36,548 bases of DNA, taken from NCBI GenBank assembly GCA_964388985.1, contig CAYMCJ010000002.1, positions 4,838 through 41,385 of the forward strand, read 5' to 3'. Position 1 is the stretch's first letter. The number at the start of each line of letters is the position of its first letter. Source of the DNA: an uncultured Gammaproteobacteria bacterium. GTDB lineage: Bacteria > Patescibacteriota > Patescibacteriia > Patescibacteriales > CAYMCJ01. This document shows, piece by piece, positions 9,167 through 17,561 of this stretch. The notes under the pieces were generated by a model that saw nothing but the letters and a program-made list of their open reading frames with translations, had not been told where the DNA came from and did not search any database. A program made the translations under genes and the position numbers.

Positions 9167-9907
9167 TTATCCCTGCCGATCCAAGAGGCCAAGCCGAATC
9201 TCTTCAAGGGCCCTGGGAATATTGTTCACAGGATTTTTCAGGAGATCACTCCCCATAACAAGAACGTCGGCTCCGTCCGCAATAGCCCCTCTTGGCGTAC
9301 CCACTCTTTTTTGGTCTCTTTCCTGTTCTCCGCCGAATCTTATTCCGGGATTAAAAATGATAAAATCCTCGCCAAAGACCTGACGGACATAATTTGTTTC
9401 CTGGGGAGAACAAACTACGCCGTCCACACCAGATTCATCGGCCAAATTAGCCAAATGAAGAACCTGCCTAAGGTTACTACCCGGAATCCGCAACTCCTCG
9501 TTTAAGACCACCTGATTAATACTGGTTAAAACTGTAATCGCCAGCACAATCGGTCGCTCATCTCCGGCGACATCTTTAACCTCTTTCATAACAGCCTTCA
9601 TTGCTTCACTGGTAGCCGAAGCATGAATGGTTACCACGCCTGCCCCGCATCTCCAGACCTCTATGACATTTCTGGCCGTTGAAGTGGGTATATCATGAGC
9701 TTTGATATCAACCATTGGTACTGACCCGGCATCCCGAATGGTTTTAATCGCATAATCTCTGGCTGGTCCAAAAAATACCGAATTAACCTTTACATACCCT
9801 GTCTTTCCGAGGACTGGAAGCAATTTTTCGTCAATCGCCTCTTTTGTGCTTGGCACGTCAAGAGCAAACGCCAACCTATTCCTTGGTTCATCAAATTTCC
9901 AATTCAT
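9167..9907 (-). CDS. pyrF: Orotidine 5'-phosphate decarboxylase
   Basis: LAFALDV, VDIKAHDIP, LAITVLTS, NPGIRFGGEQERDQKRVGTP and ADVLVMGSDL in canonical order. AAGGAG lies upstream. Confidence 0.85.
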   Translation of the reverse strand: MNWKFDEPRNRLAFALDVPSTKEAIDEKLLPVLGKTGYVKVNSVFFGPARDYAIKTIRDAGSVPMVDIKAHDIPTSTARNVIEVWRCGAGVVTIHASATSEAMKAVMKEVKDVAGDERPIVLAITVLTSINQVVLNEELRIPGSNLRQVLHLANLADESGVDGVVCSPQETNYVRQVFGEDFIIFNPGIRFGGEQERDQKRVGTPRGAIADGADVLVMGSDLLKNPVNNIPRALEEIRLGLLDRQG

Positions 9908-9935
9908 CGCCTTTTCTCCTTTCTCACCTTATCTC

Positions 9936-10550
9936 TTATTTTTTGGTTACCACATAAGCGTCTTTCTGGCCGTCTTTCTCCCAAACAATAATTTCCGTGG
10001 CTGGAGAGATTTTATTATCATCCATAAATGCCTGAAATTCAGGTTGGGAAAATTTTTCCCATTTTTCCGCTCTGCCAACAAAAACCGCCTGGTTTAAAGG
10101 TTTATACAAACTTAAATAATAAACAGCCATTAATGTCCTGTCCGCTAAAAATTGTAAAAATTCTTTATCTTTCTGCCCTTTCCTCTTCTCCAAAACTCCC
10201 ATAACCCTGACCTGAATATCTTCTGCAGTATATGTAAATTTTTCTATAATGTCATCAGCTTCTGACATAGCCTCTTGGTCAATAGTCGCGACAAAAAAAA
10301 TAAACGGGATATCTTTCCAATCATTGATCTTTTTCAACTCATTTAGAAATTCAACTCCATCCATTTTGTCCATCATAAAATCCGAAATTATCAAATCCTG
10401 TTTTTCCTCTTTGAGTATTTTAAGAGCCTCCAGGCCATTTTCGGCTTCCAAAAAATTTTGGACACCTAAACCTTTGAGAATCCACTTTAAAGACGCTCTT
10501 ACCCCGTTCTTGTCATCCACCAATAAAACCTTTAATTTATCAAAATTCAT
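9936..10550 (-). CDS. Response-regulator receiver domain protein with uncharacterised ~85-aa C-terminal region
   Basis: LLVDD acidic pair, IISDFMMDKMDG (phospho-acceptor Asp context), FFVAT, then a conserved Lys. No recognisable DNA-binding output domain. AAGGAGG lies 5 nt upstream of the ATG. Confidence 0.8.
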   Translation of the reverse strand: MNFDKLKVLLVDDKNGVRASLKWILKGLGVQNFLEAENGLEALKILKEEKQDLIISDFMMDKMDGVEFLNELKKINDWKDIPFIFFVATIDQEAMSEADDIIEKFTYTAEDIQVRVMGVLEKRKGQKDKEFLQFLADRTLMAVYYLSLYKPLNQAVFVGRAEKWEKFSQPEFQAFMDDNKISPATEIIVWEKDGQKDAYVVTKK

Positions 10551-10630
10551 TTTTTCACCTCCTTGAAAAATGTTTAATGATTTATAATAATGATTAAAAA
10601 ATTAACCATCTTTTTTAAATGAACCTATAT

Positions 10631-10677
10631 AAAAACCCAAACTTTCCCTGCTATAAACAGAGCCTCCTTGGGTTTTT
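10631..10677 (-). terminator. Hairpin with A-run/T-run flanks (possible bidirectional terminator)
   Basis: AAAAACCCAA (10631-10640) pairs with TTGGGTTTTT (10668-10677). The 27-nt loop lowers confidence. Confidence 0.35.
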
Positions 10678-10837
10678 AGAGCTCATCTCAAAAATAGCTT
10701 TAAGGCAATTTTTAGGATATTTTGAGCGAAAATTTTTAAAATAAAGGAAGAATAGCGAGCTATTTTGACGAGATTTTAAAAATTTGTAGCCGAAATAGAC
10801 AAAAATTGCGCCAAAGATTATTTTTGAGATGAGCTCT
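10678..10837. repeat. 160-bp imperfect palindrome with perfect 19-bp termini (MITE-like element or long-hairpin RNA)
   Basis: AGAGCTCATCTCAAAAATA at 10678-10696 is the exact reverse complement of 10819-10837. Hand alignment of the arms shows further matched blocks (CAATTTTT, AAATTTTTAAAAT) around a centre near 10757. Confidence 0.85.
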
Positions 10838-10866
10838 GATTATATTAAAATAAATTTCAGCTTCTG

Positions 10867-11811
10867 TCAATCTACTGGAATTTCCGCCTGTTTTCTAATT
10901 TTAGCTTCTTCGGTGTTGTGAACCGTCTGTCCTAAACATTGATAACCAGCTTCATGCGGCCATCTGTCCTGATAATAATCGTTTTGATTAGCGCTGTCAT
11001 CTTTATTGGAGGACATAAAAGCCGTGCACAACTCATATTTATTTTCGCCAATTATTTTATATTCATACCCATCTTCGTTAACTGGATTTTTAAAATCATC
11101 ATCTTTCAAATAGGAAAAATCCTCTCTTAAAACTGCAAAATCCGTTGGCATTTGCCCATTTTCATCATAATAAGTTGTTATGGCTCCATCTATAACATTA
11201 AAATCTTCCAAAATAGCATTATCTATTTTTCTGTTTCTTGTTTGGGTCGGCGATTCCACAAAAAATAAACTGGCCGCAAATATGGCTATCACCAAAGCCA
11301 GTGAACCAAACAAATAAATTCTTATTAAGTTATTCTTTTTATTATCCACTTCCTCCCGCCTTATGTCGTAAAAATAAAAAGTAAAAACCGCGGCCGCTAT
11401 ACCGATGGCGGTGATTGATTTTAAAATAAATTTAATAGTCAAATCGCCATCCAGAAAGCTATTAACCGTGCCAATAAGCCAGCCGAGCATAACCACCGAA
11501 GAAATAAAAAGAATTAAATAAGTAAGCCATTTGCGTATGCCGGAATCTTTTTTTAGCGCGCCGCTGGCCAAATTTTTAAATATCTGCCGAACGGCAATAT
11601 AATAAATCGGCGCGGAAATTATTAAAGCTGAAATCGCGAACTTCAACAGCTCAGGAGCATAACGCCCCTGATATTGATTGATAATGTCAACAATATTTTT
11701 GTTAATAATCTGAAAAATTATCATGCCGGCCGACAGCGCCATAAATATCAGCGCCACCAAGGACAGCATGTAAAAAAAAGCGTATTTAGCCGCATTGTTT
11801 TGTGTCTCCAT
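10867..11811 (-). CDS. Multi-pass membrane protein, DUF5671-like N-terminal region with a soluble C-terminal domain
   Basis: 314 aa. The N-terminus AAKYAFFYMLSLVALIFMALSAGMIIFQIIN and about 5 hydrophobic helices resemble DUF5671 proteins common in Parcubacteria. Family assignment is from memory only. Confidence 0.5.
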   Translation of the reverse strand: METQNNAAKYAFFYMLSLVALIFMALSAGMIIFQIINKNIVDIINQYQGRYAPELLKFAISALIISAPIYYIAVRQIFKNLASGALKKDSGIRKWLTYLILFISSVVMLGWLIGTVNSFLDGDLTIKFILKSITAIGIAAAVFTFYFYDIRREEVDNKKNNLIRIYLFGSLALVIAIFAASLFFVESPTQTRNRKIDNAILEDFNVIDGAITTYYDENGQMPTDFAVLREDFSYLKDDDFKNPVNEDGYEYKIIGENKYELCTAFMSSNKDDSANQNDYYQDRWPHEAGYQCLGQTVHNTEEAKIRKQAEIPVD

Positions 11812-11918
11812 ATAATTTTATATCTGCAAATTACGAATCTTTTACAAATTTTACAAATATGTATAGTATTGTTTAAATTATTATTCGTAAATTCGTAACT
11901 AATTTGTAATTCGTAGAG

Positions 11919-12221
11919 CTATTTTATCGGCAGCTTTCCCTGCCTATTTTTAATTAACTTTTTGGCCAGCCGCCGACCTTGGCCGGTTAATTTAATTTTA
12001 TATATAAACCACTTTTTAGCGGTTTTATGACCGTAAGCCGCTACTAAATCCTTGGCCACTAAATTATCTAGGCTGTTTTGCAAGGCCGCTTGCACAGCTA
12101 TTTTGTTGGTTTTTAATTCTTTTTTAGGATAAAAATCATAAAAATCCACTTTTAATTTAGCCCTATTTTTACTAAAATAACACTCTTTTAAAATATATCT
12201 CTGTAATTTAGAAAGATACAT
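11919..12221 (-). CDS. Small basic hypothetical protein (possible winged-helix)
   Basis: ORF trimmed to the ATG at 12221 (MYLSKLQRYILKE...), 10 nt after the asnS stop. Lys/Arg-rich, with no motif I can name. Confidence 0.45.
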   Translation of the reverse strand: MYLSKLQRYILKECYFSKNRAKLKVDFYDFYPKKELKTNKIAVQAALQNSLDNLVAKDLVAAYGHKTAKKWFIYKIKLTGQGRRLAKKLIKNRQGKLPIK

Positions 12222-12231
12222 ATTATTAACA

Positions 12232-13623
12232 CTAAAATTCCGCATTCTTCGGCACTCTGGGGAAAGGGATAACGTCTCTTATGTTGGCCATGCCGGTTAA
12301 ATACATTATGGCGCGCTCAAAACCAAGCCCAAACCCAGCATGTTCAACTCCGCCGTATTTTCTTAAATCCAAATACCACCAATAATCTTCTTTTTTAAGT
12401 CCGCATCCCTTCATTCTCTCTTCCAATTTGCCAATATCATCCTCTCTTTGGCTGCCGCCGATTATTTCCCCCACCCCGGGAACAAGCAAATCCATAGCCG
12501 CCACGGTTTTCTGGTCATCATTCATCTTCATATAAAACGCTTTAATATCTTTTGGATAATTTATGACAAAAACCGGCTTTTTAAAAACTTTTTCCGTAAT
12601 ATATCTTTCGTGCTCGGTTTGTAAATCAATTCCCCATTTAACCGGATATTCAAATTTTTCCTTTGACTTTTTTAAAATATCTATGGCTTCAATATAGGTA
12701 ATCCGCTCAAATTTTGAATTTAAAACATTATCCAGACGTTTTAATAATTCTTTGTCAATAAACTTACTGAAAAATTCCATCTCTTCTTGGCAATTTTTTA
12801 AAACATAATCTATTAAATATTTAAACATCTCCTCGGCTAAATCCATGTTGTCTTTTAGATTGGCAAAAGCCATTTCCGGCTCAAGCATCCAGAATTCAGA
12901 CGCATGCCGGGCGGTATTGGAATTCTCGGCGCGAAATGTCGGCCCGAAAGTATATACGTTCCTGAAAGCCAAACACAGCGCTTCTGCGTTCAACTGTCCG
13001 CTGACGGTCAAACCTGTCTTTCGCCCAAAAAAATCTTTACTATAATCAACTTTACCGTCCTGGCCAACCGGCAACCTATCTAAATCCAGTTCCGTAACCT
13101 TAAACATTTCTCCGGCTCCTTCACAATCGCTTGAAGAAATAATCGGCGTATGAATATAGACAAAATTTTTATCATTAAAAAATTTATGAATGGCGTAGCT
13201 AAGGGCTGAACGCAACCTGAAAACCGCTAAAAAAGTATTGGTTCTGGGGCGCAAATGCGCAATCGTACGCAAAAATTCAAAAGAATGCCGCTTTTTCTGC
13301 AAAGGATAATCAGGGTCTGATAAACTGACTATTCCAACTTTTTCAGCCTTAACTTCAAATACCTGACCCTTGGCCGGGGATTTAACCAACGCGCCGCTGA
13401 CTTTCAAGGCCGACCCGATTGTAACTTTTGTTATCTTATTAAAATTATCTAAATTTTTTTCAAAAACAATCTGCAAATTCTTAAAAAACGTACCATCATT
13501 TAATTCAATAAAACCAAATTCGTTAGACGACCTAACGGTCCTGACCCAGCCGGAAACAGCCACCTTTTTATTCAAATATTCTTTTGTATATTTGTATATT
13601 TGTTTTATAAATATCTCTTGCAT
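12232..13623 (-). CDS. asnS: Asparaginyl-tRNA synthetase
   Basis: 463 aa. N-terminal OB fold ([20 protein letters not shown]) and class IIb core [27 protein letters not shown]. Confidence 0.93.
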   Translation of the reverse strand: MQEIFIKQIYKYTKEYLNKKVAVSGWVRTVRSSNEFGFIELNDGTFFKNLQIVFEKNLDNFNKITKVTIGSALKVSGALVKSPAKGQVFEVKAEKVGIVSLSDPDYPLQKKRHSFEFLRTIAHLRPRTNTFLAVFRLRSALSYAIHKFFNDKNFVYIHTPIISSSDCEGAGEMFKVTELDLDRLPVGQDGKVDYSKDFFGRKTGLTVSGQLNAEALCLAFRNVYTFGPTFRAENSNTARHASEFWMLEPEMAFANLKDNMDLAEEMFKYLIDYVLKNCQEEMEFFSKFIDKELLKRLDNVLNSKFERITYIEAIDILKKSKEKFEYPVKWGIDLQTEHERYITEKVFKKPVFVINYPKDIKAFYMKMNDDQKTVAAMDLLVPGVGEIIGGSQREDDIGKLEERMKGCGLKKEDYWWYLDLRKYGGVEHAGFGLGFERAIMYLTGMANIRDVIPFPRVPKNAEF

Positions 13624-13644
13624 TTTTTTTGTTATTTTAAATCT

Positions 13645-14250
13645 TTACATATATAAATTTTCAAAATTGTCTCTATCTAATTTCCATTTTAACGAATTAT
13701 CCATAATATATTGTCTAATTTTATTTAATTCATCATTATTTCGTATAATCCTGTCATGAAACCGAGGTTGCCAGGCAAATCCCGCCTCATAAAATTTTAA
13801 ATTAATGGTTTTTGTTGTGATTGATTTAAATGAACCAATAATGGTAGAGATTGACTTTGGCGTAACATGCCCGAACGTTGAACCGCCATTTATATTTATA
13901 TTTGCATTCGTAGGAACAGGGCACTGCCCTGTATTTGCATTCGTAGGAACAGGGCACTGCCCTGTTCCTACGGGTCCTGTCCCCATATTTTGATTATCAA
14001 TTTTAATAATTCCGTGAATATGATTCGGCATAATCACAAATTCGTCTAATCTTACAAATGGGAAATGGTTGGAAATTTCTAACCAAAATCCTTTTACGAT
14101 TTTTCCAATTTTTGATAATTGTATTTTTTCATTTTCAATATCCCCAAAAAACATCTTCCTGTTTTTACAACAAATCGTTATAAAATAAAATCCGTCCTGC
14201 GAATAATCATACCCTTTATATCTATATTGTTTTTGTAATTTATACAGCAT
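13645..14250 (-). CDS. IS200/IS605-like Y1 (HUH) transposase of the REP-associated (RAYT) type, carrying an in-frame palindromic insert
   Basis: YFITICCKNRKMFFG, HUH motif MPNHIHGII, and C-terminal AWQPRFHDRIIRNNDELNKIRQYIMDNSLKW typical of COG1943-like proteins. A GC-rich duplicated segment encodes NTGQCPVPTNA twice. Confidence 0.7.
   Translation of the reverse strand: MLYKLQKQYRYKGYDYSQDGFYFITICCKNRKMFFGDIENEKIQLSKIGKIVKGFWLEISNHFPFVRLDEFVIMPNHIHGIIKIDNQNMGTGPVGTGQCPVPTNANTGQCPVPTNANININGGSTFGHVTPKSISTIIGSFKSITTKTINLKFYEAGFAWQPRFHDRIIRNNDELNKIRQYIMDNSLKWKLDRDNFENLYM
13900..13971. repeat. Tandem 33-bp duplication (13900-13932, 13933-13965) containing a GTAG-headed GC-rich palindrome, inside the RAYT coding sequence
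   Basis: ATTTGCATTCGTAGGAACAGGGCACTGCCCTGT occurs twice. The second copy extends to the 29-nt perfect palindrome GTAGGAACAGGGCACTGCCCTGTTCCTAC (13943-13971). Confidence 0.9.
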
Positions 14251-14326
14251 TTATTGTTTATATAGATTATCCGCTTGTATCCCACATGAAAAAATGGCGG
14301 CACCCTGTTCAACTCCTACACATTTA

Positions 14327-15147
14327 TTAAATCATACTTTTACCCGTTAAACATACTTCATTAATTGGACAATTAATACATTTCGGCCTTGAACCACACA
14401 ATGATCTCCCTAAATGCCAAAAAATTCTGTCTAAATCAACTGGCGAATATTTATTTTTTGTTAAACTAGATAATTTTAAAATTAATCTATGCAAAAATAA
14501 ATAATTTTTTTCATTACCTGGATTATTTCCCATCTCTAAATTTTTATCTTTTAACAAAGTAAAACCATAATTTAATATACCCATTCTAGTCATTACCCTT
14601 ACTACATGCAAATCATTGGCAACATAATTATCGTTAAATTAGATAACGCTAAATCTCTAACTTTAAAACCTATGCCCTTTATTGTTAATAATTTATCATT
14701 TGGAAAATTGGTTAAATAATTTTTTTGAGCTTCTTTAAAATATGTTTTCCAATTCCATTTATATTCATTTTTAAAAATATTCACAACTGAGGAAATAATT
14801 GAAGATCCAATATTGGGTCCCCACCTATATTTGGCACGTATTAAAACTCTTTTATAATTATTTTTATATAAATCATTCTTATTTAAAATTGATTTTTTTA
14901 ATTCATAAAAAGTCTTCATCCCCATCTCTCCTTTCATTGCTCTAACCAATAGATCTCTTAAAAGACAAAGTAATATTTCTATATCATTTTTCTCGGATTT
15001 ATTTTTTATTAACAAATTATTACTTTTTATAAACACTCTATGTTCATTGATCCAATCCTTAATTATTTTTTTATCCCCGTCAAATTTTGATTCCACTTCT
15101 ATTATTTTACTTAAAATTGTATTTATTTCTGGTAATTTTATTTCCAT
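14327..15147 (-). pseudogene. Endonuclease III (Nth)-like HhH-GPD DNA glycosylase split by a 1-nt frameshift
   Basis: ORF 14602..15147 ends just after the HhH motif LLTIKGIGFKVRDLALSN. The -1 frame continues FNDNYVANDLHVVRVMTRMG... into ORF 14327..14611, which ends with the FeS loop CGSRPKCINCPINEVC (C-x6-C-x2-C-x5-C). The shift maps to the T-run at 14636-14638. Confidence 0.7.
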
Positions 15148-15201
15148 ATTTCCCTATATTTTTAAGCATATTATTTAATAAGTATCCTCATTTCTTACGT
15201 C

Positions 15202-17004
15202 TCACCTAATCTTCAACCCCAATTCCTTTAATTGCTTCTCGTCAACCTCGCTCGGGCTGTCCATCATTACATCCCGGGCCTGACCGTCTTTGGGAAAAGC
15301 GTAAATATCGCGGATTGACTCGCAATCAAATAAAATCATTAACAGCCGGTCAATGCCGGGAGCGATTCCGCCATGCGGCGGAGCGCCGTATTCAAAGGCC
15401 CGAATCATATGCCCGAATTTTTTATCAACTTCTTTTTTTGAATAACCGGCAATCTCAAACGCTTTATACATAACTTTCGGGTCATGATTCCTGATAGCGC
15501 CGGATGAAATCTCATAGCCATTGCAAACTATATCATACTGATAAGCTAAAATATCCAGTGGATTTTTACTCTCCAGGGCTTTTAAACCGCCCTGGGGCAT
15601 TGAAAACGGATTATGGGAAAAATCAATTTTTCCCTCTTCAATCTCGGAATAATCATACATCGGAAAATCTATAACCCAGCACCAGGCCGCCAATCTATTA
15701 TCCTTTAATCCCAAGCGTTGACCGCATTCATTGCGGACCGCGCCCAAACTTTCGCAAACTGTTCGCCATTTATCCGCCCCAAAAAATATAATATCGCCCG
15801 GTTTAGCGCCAACTTCCTTAACAATTTTTTCAGATAATTTTTCGCCTAAAAATTTAATCAAAGGGGATCTCAACACCCCCCTCTTTCCCTCTTTGCCCTC
15901 TCTACCTTCTCCACCCTCTATTACGATATAAGCCAGCCCTTTAGCACCCTTGTTTTTAGCCACTTCAGTTAATTCATCAATTTCTCTTCGCGCAAATTTT
16001 GCTCCGCCATCAATTTTTAAAGCATGAACAACGCCTTTATTCTTAATTGCATTAGAAAATACGCTAAAACCGCATGCTTTTACTAACTCTGTAACCGGCA
16101 TTATTTCCAAACCAAAACGCAAATCAGGCTTATCCGAACCGTATTTTTCCATAGCTTCTTTGTAAGTCAAACGCGGAAACGGCTTTTTTAAAATTTTCTT
16201 TTGGCTAAATTTTTCGGTTAATTTTATCATTAAATCCTCGGTAACCCGCCAAACATCTTCCTGCTCAACAAAACTCATCTCAATATCAATCTGATAAAAA
16301 TCACCCGGATGGCGGTCGGCCCGCGGGTCCTCGTCGCGAAAACAAGGCGCGATTTGAAAATATTTATCCAGGCCGCCGACCATTAACAACTGCTTAAACT
16401 GTTGGGGAGCTTGCGGTAAAGCGTAAAATTTACCCGGATGAACCCTGGAAGGAACTAAATAATCACGCGCTCCCTCCGGGGATGAATTAGCTAAAATCGG
16501 GGTCTGGACTTCAATAAAATCCAATTTTCTAAAATATTCGCGCACGTATTGAAGAAGCTTATCGCGCCTGACTAGAATAGCCTGCAGTTTTTCCCGACGC
16601 AAATCAATAAAGCGATATTTTAACCTTAGACTTTCTTTGGCCTCCCCTGCCTTTTCCTCGTCAATTTCAAAAGGAGGGGTTTTGGATTCATTCAATATTT
16701 TTAACTCATTTACCCCAACTTCAATTTCGCCTGTCTTCAATTTTTTATTTACCATGTCGTCAGGTCTGGCCGCAACCCGGCCGCTTATCTTTATTACCCA
16801 TTCGTTCCGCAATTTATTAGCTTCTTTATACACTTGGTTGTTAATTTTTGGATTAAATTTTATCTGAGTTAAGCCGTATCGGTCGCGCAAATCAATAAAA
16901 ATAACTCCGCCGTGGTCGCGCCGGCGATGCACCCAGCCCGCTAGTTCAACTTGCTTCTTAATATCTTTTTTAGTTAATTCTCCGCATGTATTTGTTCTTA
17001 GCAT
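15202..17004 (-). CDS. aspS: Aspartyl-tRNA synthetase
   Basis: 600 aa. GWVHRRRDHGGVIFIDLRDRYG, FRDEDPRADR and the class II motif 3 region GIAPGIDRLLM. Confidence 0.95.
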   Translation of the reverse strand: MLRTNTCGELTKKDIKKQVELAGWVHRRRDHGGVIFIDLRDRYGLTQIKFNPKINNQVYKEANKLRNEWVIKISGRVAARPDDMVNKKLKTGEIEVGVNELKILNESKTPPFEIDEEKAGEAKESLRLKYRFIDLRREKLQAILVRRDKLLQYVREYFRKLDFIEVQTPILANSSPEGARDYLVPSRVHPGKFYALPQAPQQFKQLLMVGGLDKYFQIAPCFRDEDPRADRHPGDFYQIDIEMSFVEQEDVWRVTEDLMIKLTEKFSQKKILKKPFPRLTYKEAMEKYGSDKPDLRFGLEIMPVTELVKACGFSVFSNAIKNKGVVHALKIDGGAKFARREIDELTEVAKNKGAKGLAYIVIEGGEGREGKEGKRGVLRSPLIKFLGEKLSEKIVKEVGAKPGDIIFFGADKWRTVCESLGAVRNECGQRLGLKDNRLAAWCWVIDFPMYDYSEIEEGKIDFSHNPFSMPQGGLKALESKNPLDILAYQYDIVCNGYEISSGAIRNHDPKVMYKAFEIAGYSKKEVDKKFGHMIRAFEYGAPPHGGIAPGIDRLLMILFDCESIRDIYAFPKDGQARDVMMDSPSEVDEKQLKELGLKIR

Positions 17005-17083
17005 AATAATATAAAATTAAAATTTATACTTAAATTCTAACTCATTTTACCAATTTTAGCAAATTGATGTATTAAAAATGGCA

Positions 17084-17118
17084 ATAAAAAAAGCCGGCCG
17101 TAAAATTTAACAACCGAC
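17084..17118 (-). terminator. Possible intrinsic terminator after the small-ORF pair
   Basis: Minus strand reads AGTCGG-(16 nt)-CCGGCT followed by TTTTTTT. The stem includes one G-U pair and the loop is large. Confidence 0.3.
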
Positions 17119-17122
17119 TGGA

Positions 17123-17332
17123 TTAATCAAACATTGCCTTAGGGCATTCCCCGGTCAAAAAATCAACTGGAATCCCACCCTCATCCGTAATTTCCGCCAA
17201 GATGGTCCCTGGACGAATTTTCTCCTCTGCCCGGGCTTCTTTTTTCGCCTGGTCCAGCGGCACTTCTCCCAATACTCTTGGTATGCCACTTCTGCCAGGA
17301 AAAATCTTAAATCTGCCCATCTTTTCATCCAT
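17123..17332 (-). CDS. Small hypothetical protein (69 aa), G+C-rich, translationally coupled
   Basis: The ATG at 17332 is preceded by AAGGAGG and overlaps the upstream ORF by 8 nt. No motif recognised. Confidence 0.5.
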   Translation of the reverse strand: MDEKMGRFKIFPGRSGIPRVLGEVPLDQAKKEARAEEKIRPGTILAEITDEGGIPVDFLTGECPKAMFD

Positions 17333-17561
17333 TAGCACCTCCTTTTGCTAATCTTAAATTAGGTCTTATTGTGTCAATATAATTACTCCCATTAGTAATA
17401 TCAATTAACACAACTTCTATTTTTTTTTCGTTGGCTATTTCCTTCGCCCGCTTTTCAGCCGCTTCAACAGTATAATGGTTTAAAATATAAAATTTCCGCT
17501 TTGACAATATAATTTTGAACTTTCCATTTTGCCCAATAATTTCTTTTTCTTTTAGGGTCAT
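17325..17561 (-). CDS. Small hypothetical protein (78 aa), translationally coupled to recO
   Basis: ATG at 17561 in an ATGA overlap with the recO stop. GGAGG lies upstream, inside the recO 3' end. No motif recognised. Confidence 0.5.
   Translation of the reverse strand: MTLKEKEIIGQNGKFKIILSKRKFYILNHYTVEAAEKRAKEIANEKKIEVVLIDITNGSNYIDTIRPNLRLAKGGANG

Noticed and set aside
15860-15935. Gly/Glu/Lys-rich insertion (GGEGREGKEGKRG) in AspRS as a possible intein or mobile insert
   Set aside because: It is only about 13 residues, lies in the variable insertion domain of bacterial AspRS, and has no splicing motifs.
17558-17561. Alternative genetic code (UGA as a sense codon, as in some CPR lineages)
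   Set aside because: TGA ends recO at the expected protein length, and it ends the 78-aa ORF. Conserved proteins have normal lengths under the standard code.
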